The notes under the pieces are model-generated. The model searched no databases. It was given only the letters and a program-made list of their open reading frames with translations, and was not told the origin of the DNA. Shown piece by piece: positions 50,540 to 63,692 of a stretch of 64,000 nt of DNA (position 1 is the first letter of the stretch; the number at the start of each line of letters is the position of its first letter). The position numbers were made by a program, and so were the translations under genes. The DNA comes from Raja brachyura (taxonomy: Eukaryota): assembly GCA_963514005.1 (NCBI GenBank), contig OY740818.1, positions 17,608,001 to 17,672,000 on the forward strand. Reading direction: 5' to 3'.

Positions 50540-50727
50540 GAGCCAATAACAAAATAGAAAGGCTGCATCACAAAGAAATGAACCAGTAATCCTGTCTCCA
50601 ATAAGTAACATTTGCCCTGTGGATTGGTGGGATCCTTCCATTGACGTCAAGTGCGGAAGTATGATTGACCATCACGTACACCTCAAGCTACAGGGGCTGC
50701 ATTGGAAATACCGGCCGGCAGGTAAGT
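50540..50727 (+). promoter_or_regulatory. Putative promoter and first exon of an unidentified downstream transcript
   Basis: Three CCAAT/ATTGG boxes, palindromic CRE TTGACGTCAA (50641-50650), ETS GCGGAAGT (50653-50660), consensus donor CAG|GTAAGT at 50722. Confidence 0.5.
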
Positions 50728-51639
50728 CTCCCGAACACCGGGTGGCGTAACGGTAGAGTTGCTGCCTTGCTGCACCACATTTGATCTTGACTACAGGTGC
50801 TTGTCTTAAGGGGTTTGTACGTTCTCCCCGTGACCTGCGTGGGTTTTCTCCGGGTGCTCCGGTTTCCTCCCACGCTCCCATTGACGTGCAGGTTCGTGGG
50901 TTAATAGGCTTGGTAGAATTGTAAATTGTCCCCTGTGTGTGTAGGGTAGTGTTAATGTGCAAATGTAAATTGCTGGTTGGTGCGGACACGGTGGGCCGAA
51001 TGGCCTTTTATTGCGCTGTATTCTAAACTAAACCTGAGAGGTCGGGTGGTTTGGTGCAAAGGATCGGAATGTCTGTGATGGGGTGGGTAAGTGAGGTTCG
51101 CTCGTTCGCCCAGTCTTTCAGTGCCAATTATGAGAGGGAAATACACATGTATTAATGGTAATTGATGTGGTTGGAGGTGAGTAAATGGAGGAAGATGAAT
51201 GAGGGCTACTGCACGGCAGCAAAAAGCAGAAGTCTTGCTGGAAATATGAAACATACCAGATGAAGCTGGAATTGGCACAGAAAAACTTCCCCAGTACATT
51301 ACCAGGACTCGAGAGATTGGGTTATAAGGATGTAGCTGGGGACATTTTTCCCTGGAGCATAAGAGATAGAGGGTGACCTTATTGAAGTATTCAAATCCAT
51401 GAGAATAGATAAGGTAAATGGTCACAGTTTTTTTCCCAGGATAGAGAAGTCTAACCCCAGAGGCCATAGGTTGAAGATGAAGATGAGAGGGGAATTATTT
51501 ATAAGAGACCCAAGGGGCAATTTCTTTTTCTTTATGCAATGGGTGCCGTGTTCATGGAATGAGCTGCTAGAGGGGGCTGTGGTGCTGCGTAGGATGGCAA
51601 AGTTTAAAAGACATTTAGACATGCACGTAGATAGGAAAC

Positions 51640-52180
51640 CCCGCACATACAACTCTCTCGAACCTCTGCAGGTGCACAGTAGAGAGCGTGCTGATCGGTT
51701 GCATCGTGGCTTGGTTCGGCAACCTGAGCGTCCAGGAGCAAAAACGGCTGCAAAAAGTAGTAAACACTGCCCAGTCCGTCATCGGCTCTGACTTCCCTAC
51801 CATCGAGGGGATCTATCGCAGTCGCTGCCTCAAAAAGGCTGGCAGCATCATCAAGGACCCACACCATCCTGGCCACAAACTCATCTCTCCCCTGCCATCA
51901 GGTAGAAGATACAGGAGCCTGATATCTGCAACATCCAGATTCAGGAATAGCAGCTTCCCCACAGCCATCAGCCTATTAAACACTTCAAACAAACTCAGAA
52001 CTATAACAACCTATTGCACTTTATCTGTTTATTTATGTGTGTGTGTGTGTGTATATATTCTATGGTATATGGACACACTGATCTGATCTGGATTTATGCT
52101 TAGAATATTCTGTTGTGCTGCAGCAAGCAAGAATTTCAGTTGTCCTATCTGGGATATATGGCAAACTCGTGACTTGACTT
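51640..52180 (+). mobile_element. Rex1/Babar LINE 3' end (follows an old CR1 fragment at 51290-51636)
   Basis: CIVAWFGN...KRLQKVVNTAQSVIG...IIKDPHHPGHKLISPLPSGRRYRS; (ACTTG)n tail. Confidence 0.82.
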
Positions 52181-53059
52181 GAAATGTTACGAGGGTTTGG
52201 TGAAAATGTGACTAGCTCATCTATAAAATATGAATGACAAGGATGAGTTGGGCCAATGAGTCGTTTCCCGAGCTGCGTGACTCTGCGAATGCTGGAAATA
52301 CTTAGGTCAACCAACCACCGCCGGAGAGCGAAATGGATTATGCAACGTACTGGTGACTTTGTATTAGAGATCGCCGTTTCTGTCACAAACAGGAAAGGCT
52401 GGTTATCTGAAACTGTTGAATTCAATATTGAGTTTAATTTGGTTTTAAATTTGAACCAAGCATAAGTAGCAATCTGTAGCTCAACAAGTATAGAATGGCA
52501 TTGTGTGCTAGTTAGCCCAAATTGCCGAATGCATGGATTAATATTTTGGTGATCCATTTATAAAAGTAGAAGGTGGAAAACTCATGCAGTTTCACCATTC
52601 AACGAGATCATGGTTAATCTTTAACCTCAGCACTGCCTTCCGGTATTCGTGACATTTCCTTTGATTCTTATAAAATCCAAAAATCCATTGACTTCTGCTT
52701 GGATATGCTATGTAACTGCACCTCTATCGCTGTTTAAAATTGCCAACTAATTTTCCACTTGTACAATCTTGACACACTAGCATTGTGTGATTTCTGGGTT
52801 TCATTCTGCAATGTCTGCAAATGTGGCTTTGGGGCTTTGTGTGATTTAAAGTGATTGATTAAGTCATCAGTAATCAGCTTCTTGCAGTTCCGCATTGCTT
52901 CCTCTCAGCCGGTGCTTGTATTTCAGTTCCTCTTTGCCAACTGCACTCGCTTTTCCTGTCGAGAGTTGACTTTTGGAAGCTTTTGCCCATTTGTGGACCA
53001 AACAATAATTTCGAGAGAGCAAATCGCTCTTGGCCATTAGTTTATTGTCACGTGTACAG

Positions 53060-53320
53060 TCTTCTTCTTGCGTATGGCGTGCACAGACTAAAGTTGCAGA
53101 TCAAGGGTGGAGATCCAGGCCACGACAGCATCAGTTACTGGGTGGATGGCTTTGATGCCCCCAGGGAAAAGCCTCAGTGGCCAATCATTCACGATGTGCG
53201 GGGTTGTCTGGTCTGGATGTACGCAGTTGCGAGCAGGGCTGTCTGTCACCCCCCACTTATGCAGCTGATGGGCTGTTCTTGCATGGAGGGTGCAGATTCT
53301 AATGCAGTGCAGTGAACTAA
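53060..53320 (-). mobile_element. 3' end of Vingi/Ingi-like LINE (degenerate C-terminal CCHC region + tail)
   Basis: Translation LHKWGVTDSPARNCVHPDQTTPHIVNDWPLRLFPGG...WISTLDLQL*, followed by TCTGTGCACGCCATACGC(AAG)n. Confidence 0.75.
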
Positions 53321-56300
53321 AGTGCTCCACATTCCACCAGACAGACTGTGTTTGTATAGCTGAATGAAATGGCTGATGCAATGCCACAGGGAAGAAGAGA
53401 CATACGGTCTCGTCTTTGACTGGATAGTGCATCTCTTGGTAGCAGAATTAGGCCATTCAGCCCATCAAGTCTGCTCCGCCATTCAATCATGGCTGATCTT
53501 TCCCTCTCAACCCCATTCTCCTGCTTTCTCCCCATAACCTTTGACACCCGTACTGATCAAGAACCTGTCAGTCTCTGTTTAAAAAATGCCCTATGACTTG
53601 GCCTCTACAGCTAGCTGTGACAATGAAACAGATTCACCACCCTCTGGCTAAACAAACTCCTCATCTTTCCAAAAGTACATCCTTTAAAAATGAGGCTGTA
53701 CCCTCGGGTCCTGGGCTCTCCCACTAGTGGAAATATCCTCTCCACATCAACTCCATCCAGGCATTTGGCTATTCGGTAACTTTGATGACCCCCCCCCATC
53801 TTCCAGTGAGTACAGGCCCAGAGCCATCAAACACTCATCATATTTAAACAAAAGCTTTTAACTGTACGATGGTACACGTGACAATAATAAGCCTAACTAA
53901 GACTAATTAGTGCTGAACTATCATTAGAGAGAGGACAATGGATGGATGTGGGACTGAGCGCATCCACCAGACAGACGCCGCTGAACATGAAGAATTCCAA
54001 CCTGGTTCTCGGAATGCCATTGTATCAGTCGGTATCGGCAAAATATGTTCTATGCAGTTGGTGCCAAAGACAGACCATCATAACCGTAATTCATAATCGG
54101 AATTATTAGCCAAGGATGTTTTGCAACATACGAGGGATTTGGTTTGCCATACAGTCATTCCAAAAAAGCAACAAGACACACAACTACATAACAATTTGTC
54201 ATAAACATCCACCACAGTGACTCCCCCCCCATTCCCCACTGTGATGTAAGGCAATAAAGTCTTATCTTCTCTCCTCACTTTTCTCCCGTGATCGGGGGAG
54301 TCGATCCATCCGCAGTCGGGGCGATTGAAGCTCCCGCAGTCGAAGCTCCTGCAGTTAGAGCTCCCGAAGTCGGTCATTAACCAGGGACCGCCAGTTCCAC
54401 GATGTTAGGCTGCAGTGCAGACGGAGATACGACACGGAGAAAATCGCATCTCTGTCGAGGAACGAGATTTTTTACAGTTTCCGCAACCCCGCACGTAAAT
54501 ACAAAACTAAAGATAAACTAAAACATACATTTTACAACAAACTAAAGGCACAAAGAAGGAAAAAGGTGAAGACAGACCATTGGCGAGGCGACCATCATAC
54601 GGTGCCCCCTGGTGGTAGATGAACAATCTCCATCCTGCTGTTAAAGGAAGTTTAAACTGCTGTAAGTAAATATTTTTCATCACGTGTTCCTTTTGTAATT
54701 CTTGTTTTCACTCACTTTCAGGTTTTGTCCCCTACTCCTGACATGGCTGTGTTCACTTTCCCTGACCTAAACCCTCCAAGGTCTCTGGTTTCCTGCAGTC
54801 ATGGCCCCTTGAGCACCCAATTGACTTTGTTCTAAAGGTGGCACCAGTGCACCGGTAGAGTTGCTGCCTTACAGCGCCAGAGACCCAGGTTCGATCCTGA
54901 CTTTGTGTCACTGTCTGTACAGAGTTTGTACGTTCTTCCCGTGACCTGCGTGGGTTTTCTCCGGGATCTTCAGTTTCCTTCCACAGTCCAAAGATGTACA
55001 GGTTTCTAGGCTAATTGACTTCTGTAAATTGTCCATAGTGTGTGTTTGGGATCACTGGTCAGCGCCCATTTCCACGTTCTATCTCTAAACTAAATTAAAA
55101 CATGCCTTTGGTCACCAGAGATTTAAGCTCACAAATTCTCTTATTAATTCTCTCCACCTCCCTTTCAGTCATATTGGTCAGAATTTGACTCTGTCCTGTA
55201 ACCTCTTAATCTGACCATAATTTGACCATCTTGTTCCCTTCAATACCAGCAGCCATCTGTTATATGTTATATAGTGTCTCACCGTCCGGGGCTAATCATG
55301 AAAATGGCTTTGCCATTGAATAACATTGTATCGTCCACTATTTTAACAAAATGTCTACCTACATGCATTAAAATACATGGTAGACAAAGGAGCTTTAGAC
55401 CAAGACCATTGCTAATATTGCATTGAACAAATTTGGCCGATTGCATGTTGTTCCAATCTTCTGCCCCGTGGTGGCGCTGTAAAGCCATCAGATTGTCCAA
55501 CAGACGTTGCGTTTTCACCCAATATTTCCAATAAAGTATTTCACTTTGAGGCGACAAAGCTGAACGAGAACTGACGATATTCCTAGCTTTATTCTTCCGT
55601 CTGCTGTTGTGTTAGTGACTGAAAGAGGCCAAGCGTGTTAGGGGAAACAATTGGCCAGATTTTTGGCACAACTGTCAGCTCGACGTTACTTCATTGACCA
55701 ACTTTCCCAGCTAATTCATCAGTTTAAATGGAAGGTTAACGCCACAGTGGGGCTGTTCTGCAAATACTTACACCAAAGCAAATTGTCTTGCTTCACTCTA
55801 TTCAATGGTGCGCGTTCAAATTAAACTCATACAATGAGTTGGAATGAAATGCTCTATTGCCATGTGTGATGAAGGCACAGTGATATTCTTTGCTTGCATA
55901 CCCAAGGCATGCAAATGGTCGCCACATACACGGCGCTGACAAAGCTACAAGGTACTCCCACCAACTCCTCCAGATGTACATGGTGATTAGCTTTTCTTAT
56001 TATCCAAGTCAACGCACACTGACACAGCAATCCCAATACATTCCCTGATCTCTGAACAGACACAGATGCACAAGGTTCAGCCCTGCCTCTGTGGGCGACT
56101 TGCTCATCTCTGATCCAGATGGTTGTGGATTTAAGTCCCAACGACTTGAGCTTCATAATCTAGACTGACACTGCGGTTGCTGAGGGAACATTGTACTGCC
56201 AGAGCTGTTGGCTTTTAGACGAGATGATAGAAACATAGAAACATAGGAAAAAGGTGCAGGAGTAGGCATTTTTGCCCTTCGAGCCAGCACTGCTGTTCAA

Positions 56301-56471
56301 TATGATCATGGCTGATCATCCAAAATTAGTACCCCATTCCTGCTTTCTCCCCATATCCCTAGCCCGGAGAGTTGTATCTAACTCTCTCTTGAAAACATCC
56401 AGCGAATTGGCCTCCACTGCCCTCTGTGGCAGAGAATTCCACAGATTCACAACATCAGGAATGTAATGGGG

Positions 56472-56865
56472 AGGAAGGAACTGGTTAAAACCGAAGATAT
56501 ATAGAAAAAGCTGGAGTAACTCAGCGGGTCAGACAACATCTCTGGAGAAAAGGAATAGGTGCCGATTCGGGTCGAGACCCTTCTTAAGACTCAGTGTCAG
56601 GAGAAAAGGAAACGAGAGATATAGATGATGATATAGAGAGATTTAGAACAAATTAATAAAAGAATTGCAAAAAAGTAATGGTGCTAAAAGGAAACGGACC
56701 ATTATTAGCTGCCGACTAGGTGAAAATGAGTTACGGACAATGAGACTCAACACGAAGACTTTGTAGCTGGTACAACCACTTGGGTGGGGGACGGGACGAA
56801 GAGAGAGGGGATGCAAGGGTGACTTGAAGTTAGAGAAATCAATATTCATACCACTGGGGGTTGCA
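56472..56865 (-). mobile_element. Penelope-like 3' fragment (pLTR)
   Basis: QPPVV/MNIDFSNF end and pLTR similar to 3122-3440 and 32240-32465. Confidence 0.65.
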
Positions 56866-58115
56866 GTAATGGGGATTGCTGCATAACTGTGTGTTGACTA
56901 TACACCATGTGGCTTCTGTGCATTATGAGTGAATAGCTTTCATCCCAATTCATCCATTGCCCCATGTAAAATCTTGTGCCAACTCTTGCTACCATCTCCA
57001 TCTTTTGTAGACAAGAGAGAAGGAAGTGGGATAGATATGTAGGAAGGAACTGCAGATGCTGGTTTACACCGAAGATAGACACAAATGCTGCAGGAACTCA
57101 GCAGGTCAGGCAGCACAAATGTGTTGTTGGTTCAGATAATGAGGGGTGGGAGGCGATCCGTGTGAAGTGTGAATCTTGAAACAGAAGAGAGCGGATGAGT
57201 GGCCTGTCTCTGTACTGCTGACTCAATGTTTGCCCTGGCATCCTAACCAATATTTATCCTTTGTGTTGGAAGGAACTGCAAATGCTGGAGTAACTGAGCA
57301 GGGCAGGGAGCATCTCTGGAGAGAAGGAATGGGTGACGTTTTTTGGGTCGAGACCCTTCATTACTCAGCATCACCAAACCAGGTTGTCTAATCTTTGTGG
57401 TGAAACAAAGAACTGCGGATGCTGGTGAATGCACAAAAGGACACAAAGTGCTGGAGCGACTCAGCGGGTCAGGCAGCTATCCCCGGGGAACATGGATAGA
57501 TGACATTTTCAGGTCGAGACCCTAACACATCGCTGTGCACAAATTAATGCAACGCTGCTTCCTATTCTGCAAGAGCAACTAAACTTCAGAAGCAGTTAAG
57601 TGTGTGTGGACATACTGAAAGAGATGTGAAAGATGCTATATAAATGCAAATCTTTTTTGCAGCTTAGATTAGTGGGGAAGAATGAAAGGTAATGCATTTT
57701 GTAAAGAAACTGACGCAAGGGCATAAATCTTATTTAAATGAATGGATTTATGCAAATGAAATGGGTTCATATTACAAGCAAAATACTTCAGTGTCGTATA
57801 ACTTAATGAATTATGTAATAAAAATGTGCAAAGATATGGAAAGAACTGTATTGGCTGTATTTAAATAACCCATAAATCTGAGGCAATTACAATCAACGGT
57901 TGTAATGTTCCCAACCGTAAAAAAAAAAGTTAGAAACAGGAAACATTTAATTTTCAGTGTAAACATTTTACGAGTTTTAAAATGGCCATTTTTATTCTGT
58001 GCCTTTGGGTGGGATGCTGAGCAAAAGACACTTATATTCTTGTAGAAATATCAACTGCAGATGATCCCACGGAAAGAAAGCACACAAAAGATTTGTGCAG
58101 GCTCTCAACTTGTTT

Positions 58116-58149
<34 letters not shown>

Positions 58150-58593
58150 ACAGAGGTTCTCTGGCCGGTAACGTGACAGCTCAAGCAGATAAAACATTTT
58201 CCTATTCGATTTGTGGCTTTGGGTCACAAGTTCAAGGCTAGAGGTTGCCTGCCATCTTAACTGTATTAATTCCAGTGGGTATAGGACTTGCGGGACAGTG
58301 AATGGAGCAGAAAGCTAGTCATTCAACCATACAGAGGACGGCAGGGAGAGAAGGGGATGCGATCCCTTCATAGGGACATCCTACTTATACTTGTTATGTT
58401 CCCGCTAATTTCTACTTTACGGACTCATTGGAATATCTCACAAAATAATGAATAGGAACTTCAATGAAGGTGCCAAACGGAGTTTCCCCATCAGAGGTTA
58501 TGGGTTCAAGGCCAAATATAGAGGCTTGGGCACCAGAGGCTAATGGTGCATCACAATCCAGAGGAAGTGTCTCAATGCTGCAGGTACTCAGAT

Positions 58594-58647
58594 GGGGTGG
58601 AAGATTGCAACCTTCACGTGGTCCGCCTTGTTTCAACTAATGCAATC
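58594..58647 (+). ncRNA. Minimal HDV-like self-cleaving ribozyme (copy B)
   Basis: P1 GGGGTGG/CCGCCTT; P2 GATTGCA/TGCAATC; P3 ACC/GGT; L3 TTCACGT; C-TAA with C at 58637. Confidence 0.78.
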
Positions 58648-58730
58648 AACTCGACGTGCACACATGGAAGGTCAAATAGAACAAGTTGTCCTACAACTTT
58701 AGGCTGTGCACGCCACACGGAAGAAGAAGA
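58594..58730 (+). mobile_element. Short non-autonomous Vingi-type retroposon with ribozyme head (copy B)
   Basis: 12-bp TSD AGGTACTCAGAT (58582-58593 / 58731-58742); (GAA)n tail. Confidence 0.85.
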
Positions 58731-60595
58731 AGGTACTCAGATGGTCTCCCATGCAAGGGTGGGGGTGAGGGGGGGAATCATGCAGCATCTCTGGAGAAAA
58801 GGAATAGGTGCAGTTTCCGGTCGTGACCCTTCATCACTGCAAGAATCGACGGTGAAGAAGGTTGGTGTGCATGGCTCGGACATCTTTCCTGGCATTATAT
58901 CTCTCCACTCACCATTGGGATTTGCCACGGGGTCATTTAGCAGAAATATAATGACTAGCAATTGTCTCTATCATGTACGGGGTTGCTTGGGAGGCCAGTG
59001 AGAAAATGGCAGAAGAACAACACAGAAAATTGGCTCCGGGAGAGAAAGTTGTGATTGGAATTGTATTTGCCTTTATTTGCAAGAACCTCTCATCTATCAC
59101 AATTCTTCTGCCAACATATTGGCTTCCTGAGTATTCCTTCACCTGAAAGCGCAAATTGTTAATCAGTATTCACCAGCTAAGTGACTGTGACCAATTATGT
59201 AGGAAGGAACTGCAGGTGCTGGTTGAAACTAAAGATAAACACAACATGCTGGAGTAACTCAACGGGTCAGACAGCATCTCTGGAGAATAGGAATAGGTAA
59301 CGTTACATGTCTCCGACCAATTCATGTGTTAGGTGAAGAAAATAAATTCCAAGCGAGTTTAGAAATGCTTGAGATACTTTTCACAGTAAATAAAAGACCT
59401 CAAGAGAAGGTACGATTTAGCTTGACAGAAAATATCATCCACAATCAAGAATAGTATTTAAATTTTGGTATGTATGACTATGCCTGGAATTTATGTAGAA
59501 ACAGAGAACTGTGGATGCTGTCGATACACAAAGTGCTGGAGTAACTCAGCGGGACAGGCAGCTTCTCTGGAGAACATGGATAGGTGACGTTCCAGGTCGA
59601 GATCCATCAAGAAGAATGTTCTCCGGAGATGCAGCTTGACCCGTTGAGTTACTCCAGCACTTTGTGTCCTGCCTGGGATTTATGTTGGCATGTGTTGTTA
59701 TTATTATGATAACATCTATTATTTAGCAAAGATTATCTCCTGTGCATTGCTCGGCAAGTCTAAGTTACTTAATAAAAATCGAAACGTTGCCATCTGTGAT
59801 ACATTACCTGTTGGTTAGTTTCTGGGACCAAATAAATTCATCAAGATTTTATAGTTAGAGAGTAAATGTTCTGAGTAAGATTTAGGGCCAGTTGGGGACT
59901 GGACTTCAGAGACAGACAGTAACTGTGTCATGTATGCCTCAGCTTATTTATATATTCAAAATTGTCTCAGTATTCAGATACCGTTCTGTTATCTTATAGG
60001 TTAATTTGGATGGTAATGGATTTGGAGCAAATAATCTTCCAGTAAACTGTGCAAATTATTGATCAATGGTGTTTTATCATTCATGTTTTATTATTATTAA
60101 TGTTTAGTGTTGTTACGTGGGCGGAGCACCAAGGACAATTCCTTGTATGTGAATACTTGGCCAATAAACTTACTTTTTTTTAACCCATGTGTAAAATTCA
60201 AATATCATGAGGGTTAATGCATTGTGCTGGAGATGATTGTTTTAAAGTGATCTTTAGTTGATGATTCTACCTTGGAGTTGCAAGCATGGGATAGGTTTCA
60301 TCTTGACCAGAAACATCGCACATTCCCTCTCTCCAGTGACACTGCCTGTCCCACTGAGTTACTCCAGCATTTTGTGTCTATCTTCACTTTAAACAAGTCT
60401 TTGCAGTTTGTTCCTACGCACTGCTTCTAGATGTCTTGGCTGCAAAGCCTTGGTCCAAACATGGAACCAAAAGGTGAATTCTGGAGGTGAGACGAGAGTG
60501 ATTGGCCTTGAAATCAAGGCAGCGTTTTGACTCCAATATTCCTTGGTAAACTGAGATCAATTGAGCTCGGGGGAAAACCCTCCAATGGCAGGAAT

Positions 60596-61076
60596 CATAG
60601 AAACATAGAAACATAGAAAATAGGTGCAGGAGTAGGCCATTCGGCCCTTCGAGCCTGCACCGCCATTCAATGTGATCATGGCTGATCATCCAACTCAGTA
60701 TCCCGTACCTGCCTTCTCTCCATACCCCCTGATCCCTTTAGCCACAAGTGCCACATCTAACGCCCTCTTAAATATAGCCAATGAACTGGCCTCAACTACC
60801 TTCTGTGGCAGAGAATTCCAGAGACTCACCACTCTCTGTGTAAAGAATGTTTTCCTCATTTCGGTCCTAAAGGAATTCCCCCTTATCCTTAGACTGTGAC
60901 CCCTTGTTCTGGACTCCCCCAACATCGGGAACAATCTTCCAGCATCTAGCTTGTCCAACCCCTTAAGAATTTTGTAGGTTTCTATAAGATCCCCCCTCAA
61001 TCTTCTAAATTCCATCGAGTACAAGCCGAGTCTATCCAATCTTTCCTCATATGAAAGTCCTGACATCCCAGGAATC
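60596..61076 (-). mobile_element. CR1 LINE 3' fragment
   Basis: ORF 60695-61078; (CATAGAAA)n tail. Confidence 0.9.
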
Positions 61077-61576
61077 ATGGCTCATGAAAAGGAAACTGGC
61101 TGTGGTTGAAGGTGGACAATTATTCCAGCCACATTTAACTGTTAGAATCTATTGTAAAGGATGAATTCAGGAAGGTCTAGTGACAGCCAAGGCAATAAAT
61201 CCAAGTTAATTTGGCATCCTGCACCAAATGAGCTTGGCGAGAATGTAACTGTCCGTGGATGAAAGCATTGTGTCTGATATTGGGTATTGATTTGCAAAGC
61301 AACATTCAGAAGCTTGTTTGCAAGGAGTTTGCAGTTGAAATAAGCACTGACAAGATTAAGCAAAGTTGTGGTTCGTCAGGGAATGGATCAGCCAGAAATG
61401 GTCAAAAAATGCCAACACGAATTAAGACGGGCTTTGATTGAATAGGAAGGATTTATTCTCCTGAGGAAAGAGATCAAGAAGCATTGATTTCAAGTAATTA
61501 TTTGAAGAGGAGATACTTTTCACGAAAAGGTGGTCGGGTGGTAAGTGAAAGGCCTGGATAGAGTGTGTGTGGAGAG

Positions 61577-62840
61577 CAGGCACGTGCCGTCAGGGTAGGC
61601 AAGGTAGGCACTGCCGACCCTGATTAAATTATAACATAGTAATAACTAAATATAACTAGTAAAGGCATGGGAGAATGATGCCGATGTAAGAGACCGATCT
61701 CTGAGGTAGGCATAATTCTCCGTGCCTTTCATCCGCAGCGCTTGTAACACGGGAAGCTCTGTGCAGCCCACGTGCCGTCAGCGCTGCCTGAAGCCGTCAG
61801 TTTCAAGCGGGGCTGAAGGCAGCAGAAATTCTGCCTTTGCTGCACTGCGCATGCACATCAGTCTACTGCGCATGTGCAGCGCAAGTTTCTTGGCAGGGTT
61901 TTCAACTATGGTTTGTCGTGTACCAATGATGTGGTAAGTACATTTTATGTTTATGTTTTTAAATACCGTATTTCCCGGAGTGTGGGGGTGGGGGGAGCTC
62001 TCCTTTCACAGCGTTTGGGGAGTCTGGCCCGGGCTAAAGTTGCGGGGAGGGCACGAATGTTATGAATGAGGGGTCGGGAGCATCCACTTGCGACACTCCT
62101 TGCACGGAGGCGTGGAATGCCACTGCATTGAGGTCGGGGGGGTGAGAGAGAGAGAAGTAGCTCGGGTGACTGAGTGGCCGCCGGGCCGGACAGTGGAACC
62201 AGCCGCCACCTTAGCTCCTTCTGCCGGTCCCCGCTCACCTCTGGCAGCTCTTCGTCTAAAAACCTCTCTCCTGCCATTCGCTGGCCTCACTCATGTCCTT
62301 AAATTCCGACAGCGCGATTGAGGTTACTCGGCTGTGGGAATTTAAGGATTTGCAGGAAGCCGCTGACATGAGCGAAGTCGGCGAACGGCAGGTGACGGGT
62401 GTTCCAACAGAGAGCACTGCCAAAGGTGAGAGGGCCGGCAGAAGGCGCTGAAGTGGCGGCCAGGTCTGCTGTCGGGTCCCGGAGGCCGCTCGTAGCTCCC
62501 CGAGCTGCTTCTATCACCAGCTACAGTGCGTGGCTTCGCGCCCAGAGAGCTGCTGTAGCGGTGAGTGAGTGAGTTGCTGGCATTATCACCGACACCCTCC
62601 TTCTCAACACTCGTGCACTCCCCACAACTTTACCCCGGGCACAGACTCTACACACGCTGTGAAAGGAACTGTTCCCCCAATTGGTCTAGGACGAGGAAGC
62701 CTTGGGCAAATTGAAATGTCACTTTTTATTTAGTTATTTATTTATTTAACGGAGAGAACAATCTGCGCATGCGCGGTTTATATTTTCTTTTAAAGCGGAC
62801 TGAGTGCCTACCCTGAGTAATTACTCACGGCACGTGCCTG
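61577..62840. mobile_element. Non-autonomous hAT transposon, 1264 bp, inserted in a CR1 fragment
   Basis: Perfect 14-bp TIR CAGGCACGTGCCGT; 8-bp TSD GTGGAGAG. Confidence 0.88.
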
Positions 62841-63692
62841 GTGGAGAGGATGTTTCCACCAGTGGGAGTCTAGGACCAGAGGTCACAGCCTCAGAATTAA
62901 AGGACATTCCTTGAGGAAGGAGATGAGGGGGATTTTGTGGGGGAGGCAGAGATTGGTGAATCTGTGTAATTCATTGCGACAGAAGGCTACGGAGGCGAAG
63001 TCAATGGCAGAGACAGATCGAATCTTGATCAGTACGGATGTCAGGGGTCATGGGGAGATGGCAGGAGAATGGGGTTGAGAGGGAGAGATAGATCAGCCAT
63101 GATCACATTGAATGGCGGTGCTGGGTCGAAGGGCCGAATGGCCTACTCCTGCACCTATTGTCTATTGTCTATAATTCAACAAGTTCCGTGTTTCTACAAT
63201 CAAAGAGGAGTGATGTGTCTGTTGGAAATAAAGTGTAGGGCTCCAGGGAGATAAGGAGAGGGTGATGGAACTGATGGGCTTGCTCTGCTGGAGGCTGGAT
63301 GGATGCGATGGGCTCTGCAACTTCCTCCTCTGTCGTTGCATGTCTGTATCTTCAGAAATATTGTTTCATCCATGAATGTGCAACATTAGGGGGAGGAAAA
63401 GCTTGCTGAGTTTGAGCAATTAAAACGGAATCTCAGCAACAAGATTTTCATTTCACCCTTCGTCTCAAATGCTTTACCTGCTTGTTAGTGGAGGAGAGAA
63501 CTATTAGCCGCCCAGTCAGTTCATTAAACAAGGGTGTCAACGCTGCTACCCCCTCAACCCATGTGACTTGTGAGAGAGAGAGAGAGAGGGCAGAGCTGAT
63601 TTAATCATATCAGTGGTGCAGCGGTAGAGATCCAGGTTCAATCCTGACTTCGGGTGCTGTCTGTACGGAGTTTGCACGTTGCGGATCCGGAT

